NCBI RefSeq assembly: GCF_030684315.1
Contig: NC_081397.1
Location: 4,960,001 to 5,024,000 of the forward strand
Reading direction: 5' to 3'
From: Stegostoma tigrinum
Lineage: Eukaryota
Length of the DNA: 64,000 nt
Shown in pieces: positions 61,860 through 64,000 of this stretch; the stretch's first letter is position 1; every line of letters starts with the position of its first letter. The notes below the pieces were generated by a model. That model had not been told where the DNA came from, searched no databases, and saw nothing but the letters and a program-made list of their open reading frames with translations. Position numbers and translations under genes: made by a program.

Positions 61860-62620
61860 TGAAACTGACTTTTCCACAGCCATGATAAGAAAGTGTGGGG
61901 CTGGATGAACACAGCTGGCCAAGCAGCATCTTAGGAGCACAAAAGCTGATATTTCGGGCCGAGACTCTTCATCCAGCCAATATCACTTTCCACAGCCATA
62001 TCACATTCCTCAGTGACTGCCTCCGGCTCAGACTCACACCACGTGGATTCCAACTCAAGTTTCATCCCTCATGTTTTGAATCCTCCCAGGATCAGAGAAA
62101 CCACCATGATGTTCAACGTTCCACGGACAGCAGCTCTGGCCACATTCTGAGATCCACCCTCAATGCGATGCGGCTGCACATGCATCGTCTCAACCTCTCT
62201 CTCCAACAGCATCGTAACACACTGGCTCAGAGCTGTACCAGTCCTCAGTTCCACTTCATGCTCCGGCTCATTCGTCAGACTAACAAGGAATTTTTTTTTC
62301 TCTTCTGATCAGGCAATCAGGCCCACAAGATGCATCAACTCAAAAATACCAATGGCTGTCTGGAACCTACCGCTCCTTCCCTTCCCTCTGACTCTATCCC
62401 CTCCCACAAACACCCCACATCATGTTGGGTATTGGCCATCCCTACTAACCTTCTGCTCTCTGATGCTGAACGCTCTGTACTCAGCAAAGGCCTCAGCTTC
62501 ATCTCTCTGCATCCAGTTCTGAGGAAGGGTCATCGGACCTGAAATGTTCACTTTTTTCCCCTCCATAGATGCTGCCAAATCTGCTGAGCATTTCCAGTAA
62601 CTTTGTTTTTGTTCCTGAAC
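61860..62620 (+). mobile_element. PLE N-terminal ORF fragment with inserted and adjacent PLE-end pieces
   Basis: FHSHITFLSDCLRLRLTPRGFQLKF and LSDAERSVLSKGLSF. TTTCCACAGCCAT is duplicated around a PLE-end insert; degenerate hammerhead at 62519-62548. Confidence 0.75.
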
Positions 62621-62764
62621 TGCAAGTGCACCCGAACTGATGGTCAGTAAAAATGAGAGGGGGTGTCCTCACACTGATTCATTGTAGAATGTGCGAGAGG
62701 AACTGGGTGTAAATGGAGCCAAGAAAGCGTGCTTTGAGTGATTCGAATTAATTAATGTCTATGT

Positions 62765-62943
62765 CTCCATTCGGAACCAGGACAGGGACCCTTTGAGCCG
62801 GGCTCAGCTCTTTCCTGAGAGATATCGGTGTCTCTGACAGGAGCCTTTGGTTTCAGATGGTTACATGTTGCACCTATGGGTTCATTTCTTTTCTGCTTTC
62901 TTGGTCACTTTCACTATCGGCTTGGCCTTCACTTTAGTGAACC
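62765..62943 (-). pseudogene. Histone H1 3' remnant
   Basis: Minus strand encodes TKVKAKPIVKVTKKAEKK* (cf. TKAKAKAKVTKKAAKK*), followed by the H1 3' UTR, a broken stem-loop and an intact GGAAAGAGCTG. The rest of the CDS is missing. Confidence 0.85.
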
Positions 62944-63319
62944 TTTCCAATGTTTTCAATTGTTATTGCTCCTCCTGCTCTGACAGTAAACATTACAAAA
63001 TCAATCCCAGCGGAGATCAGCTGTTCTCCACTAAACATAGACACACAGACCGTGCAGTTTCTCAGCATGGGGAGATGTAGCTAACCTCTAGTCAAGGTGA
63101 GTGTGTGCCTGGGCAGACTTTCCGAGAGGAGAAGGAACATTGACTGCTTTGCTGTAATACAGGAGTATTGTTCTCAGGGTCAGTGCAACATGTCCAATTC
63201 TGTTCACTATCACTCACATTAATCGATACAATACCATAGAGATTTGGGATTGTAGTGGGGATTGTTGTGATGGAACTTGCTGTTAGGGTGGATGGAGGCT
63301 ATATCAAGTCTGATCAGTG

Positions 63320-63985
63320 TGTGAGTGTAAAACTGCATCACAGAGACGTGCAGTAAGGCATCCTTTGACTTGGGCCTCAGCATCATTGTATCCTCCACTA
63401 TCAACATCCTGAAAGCTACCATGAACCACAAGCTGAACTGGACTCACCCAATAAATGCAGTGGCAACAAGAGCAGGTCTAAGGCTATGGATACTGCAACA
63501 AGTAACTTACCTCCTGATTTCTCAAACCTGTCCAAAATCTCCAACATTTAAGTCATGTGTTAGTGCTGCTCCAACTGCACACGGCAAGCGAGATACTATC
63601 CATGAAAAAGCTGCTCGTGTTTAATTGGCACCACATTCACAAACATCCACTCTCTCAAACATAAAATTAGACAGCACCTTCCAAACCCACAACTACTTCC
63701 ATCTTGAAAGACAACAGCAGCAGGTTCACGGGAACAGCATGATCTGCAAGATCTTCTCCAAGCCACTCACCATCCTGACTTGGACATATATTGGCCATTC
63801 AGCCTGTGTCAATCCGTGAAAATCCTGCAATTCCCTTACTACCGGCAATGTGGGTCGACCTACAGCTCAGAGATTGCAATGGTTCAGGAAGACAGTTCAC
63901 TACCACCTTCTCACGCGTATTTTAGGAGGGCCAATCAATGCTCAGACCAGTCAGTGATGCCCACACCCGGCATTTTTTTTTTCTT
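63320..63985 (+). mobile_element. L2/CR1-group LINE 3' part
   Basis: KLNWTHPINAVATRAGLRLWILQQV; 3' region homologous to 13285-13600(-). Confidence 0.7.
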
Positions 63986-64000
63986 TGAAAAGTCTGCATC

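Overview
Eukaryotic, repeat-rich genomic DNA, most likely from a cartilaginous fish; I infer this from HE1-type V-SINEs, CR1/L2 LINEs, GIY-YIG Penelope-like elements (PLEs) and a two-exon GPR139-like GPCR. The intact genes are five replication-dependent histone genes, each with a 3' stem-loop: H1 (32.2-32.8 kb) and an H2B(+) H2A(+) H3(-) H4(-) group (56.1-61.4 kb), followed by a decayed H1 3' remnant. A GPR139-like pseudogene lies at 5.5-8.2 kb. The structure least explained by these features is a large inverted duplication around the H1 gene (left arm ~21.4-31.4 kb, right arm ~37.9-47+ kb). Each arm carries a near-identical outward-facing CpG-island promoter with paired NRF1 motifs and splice donors, two paralogous 82-89 nt exon-like cassettes with no shared ORF, and a polarised ~45-50 bp degenerate satellite. 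This suggests a pair of spliced non-coding transcription units. PLE ends carry minimal hammerhead-ribozyme cores and give rise to short palindromic insertions with target-site duplications; PLE-end insertions sit just beyond the histone downstream elements of H1 and H2B. Repeat boundaries were read by eye and are approximate; no searches were run.
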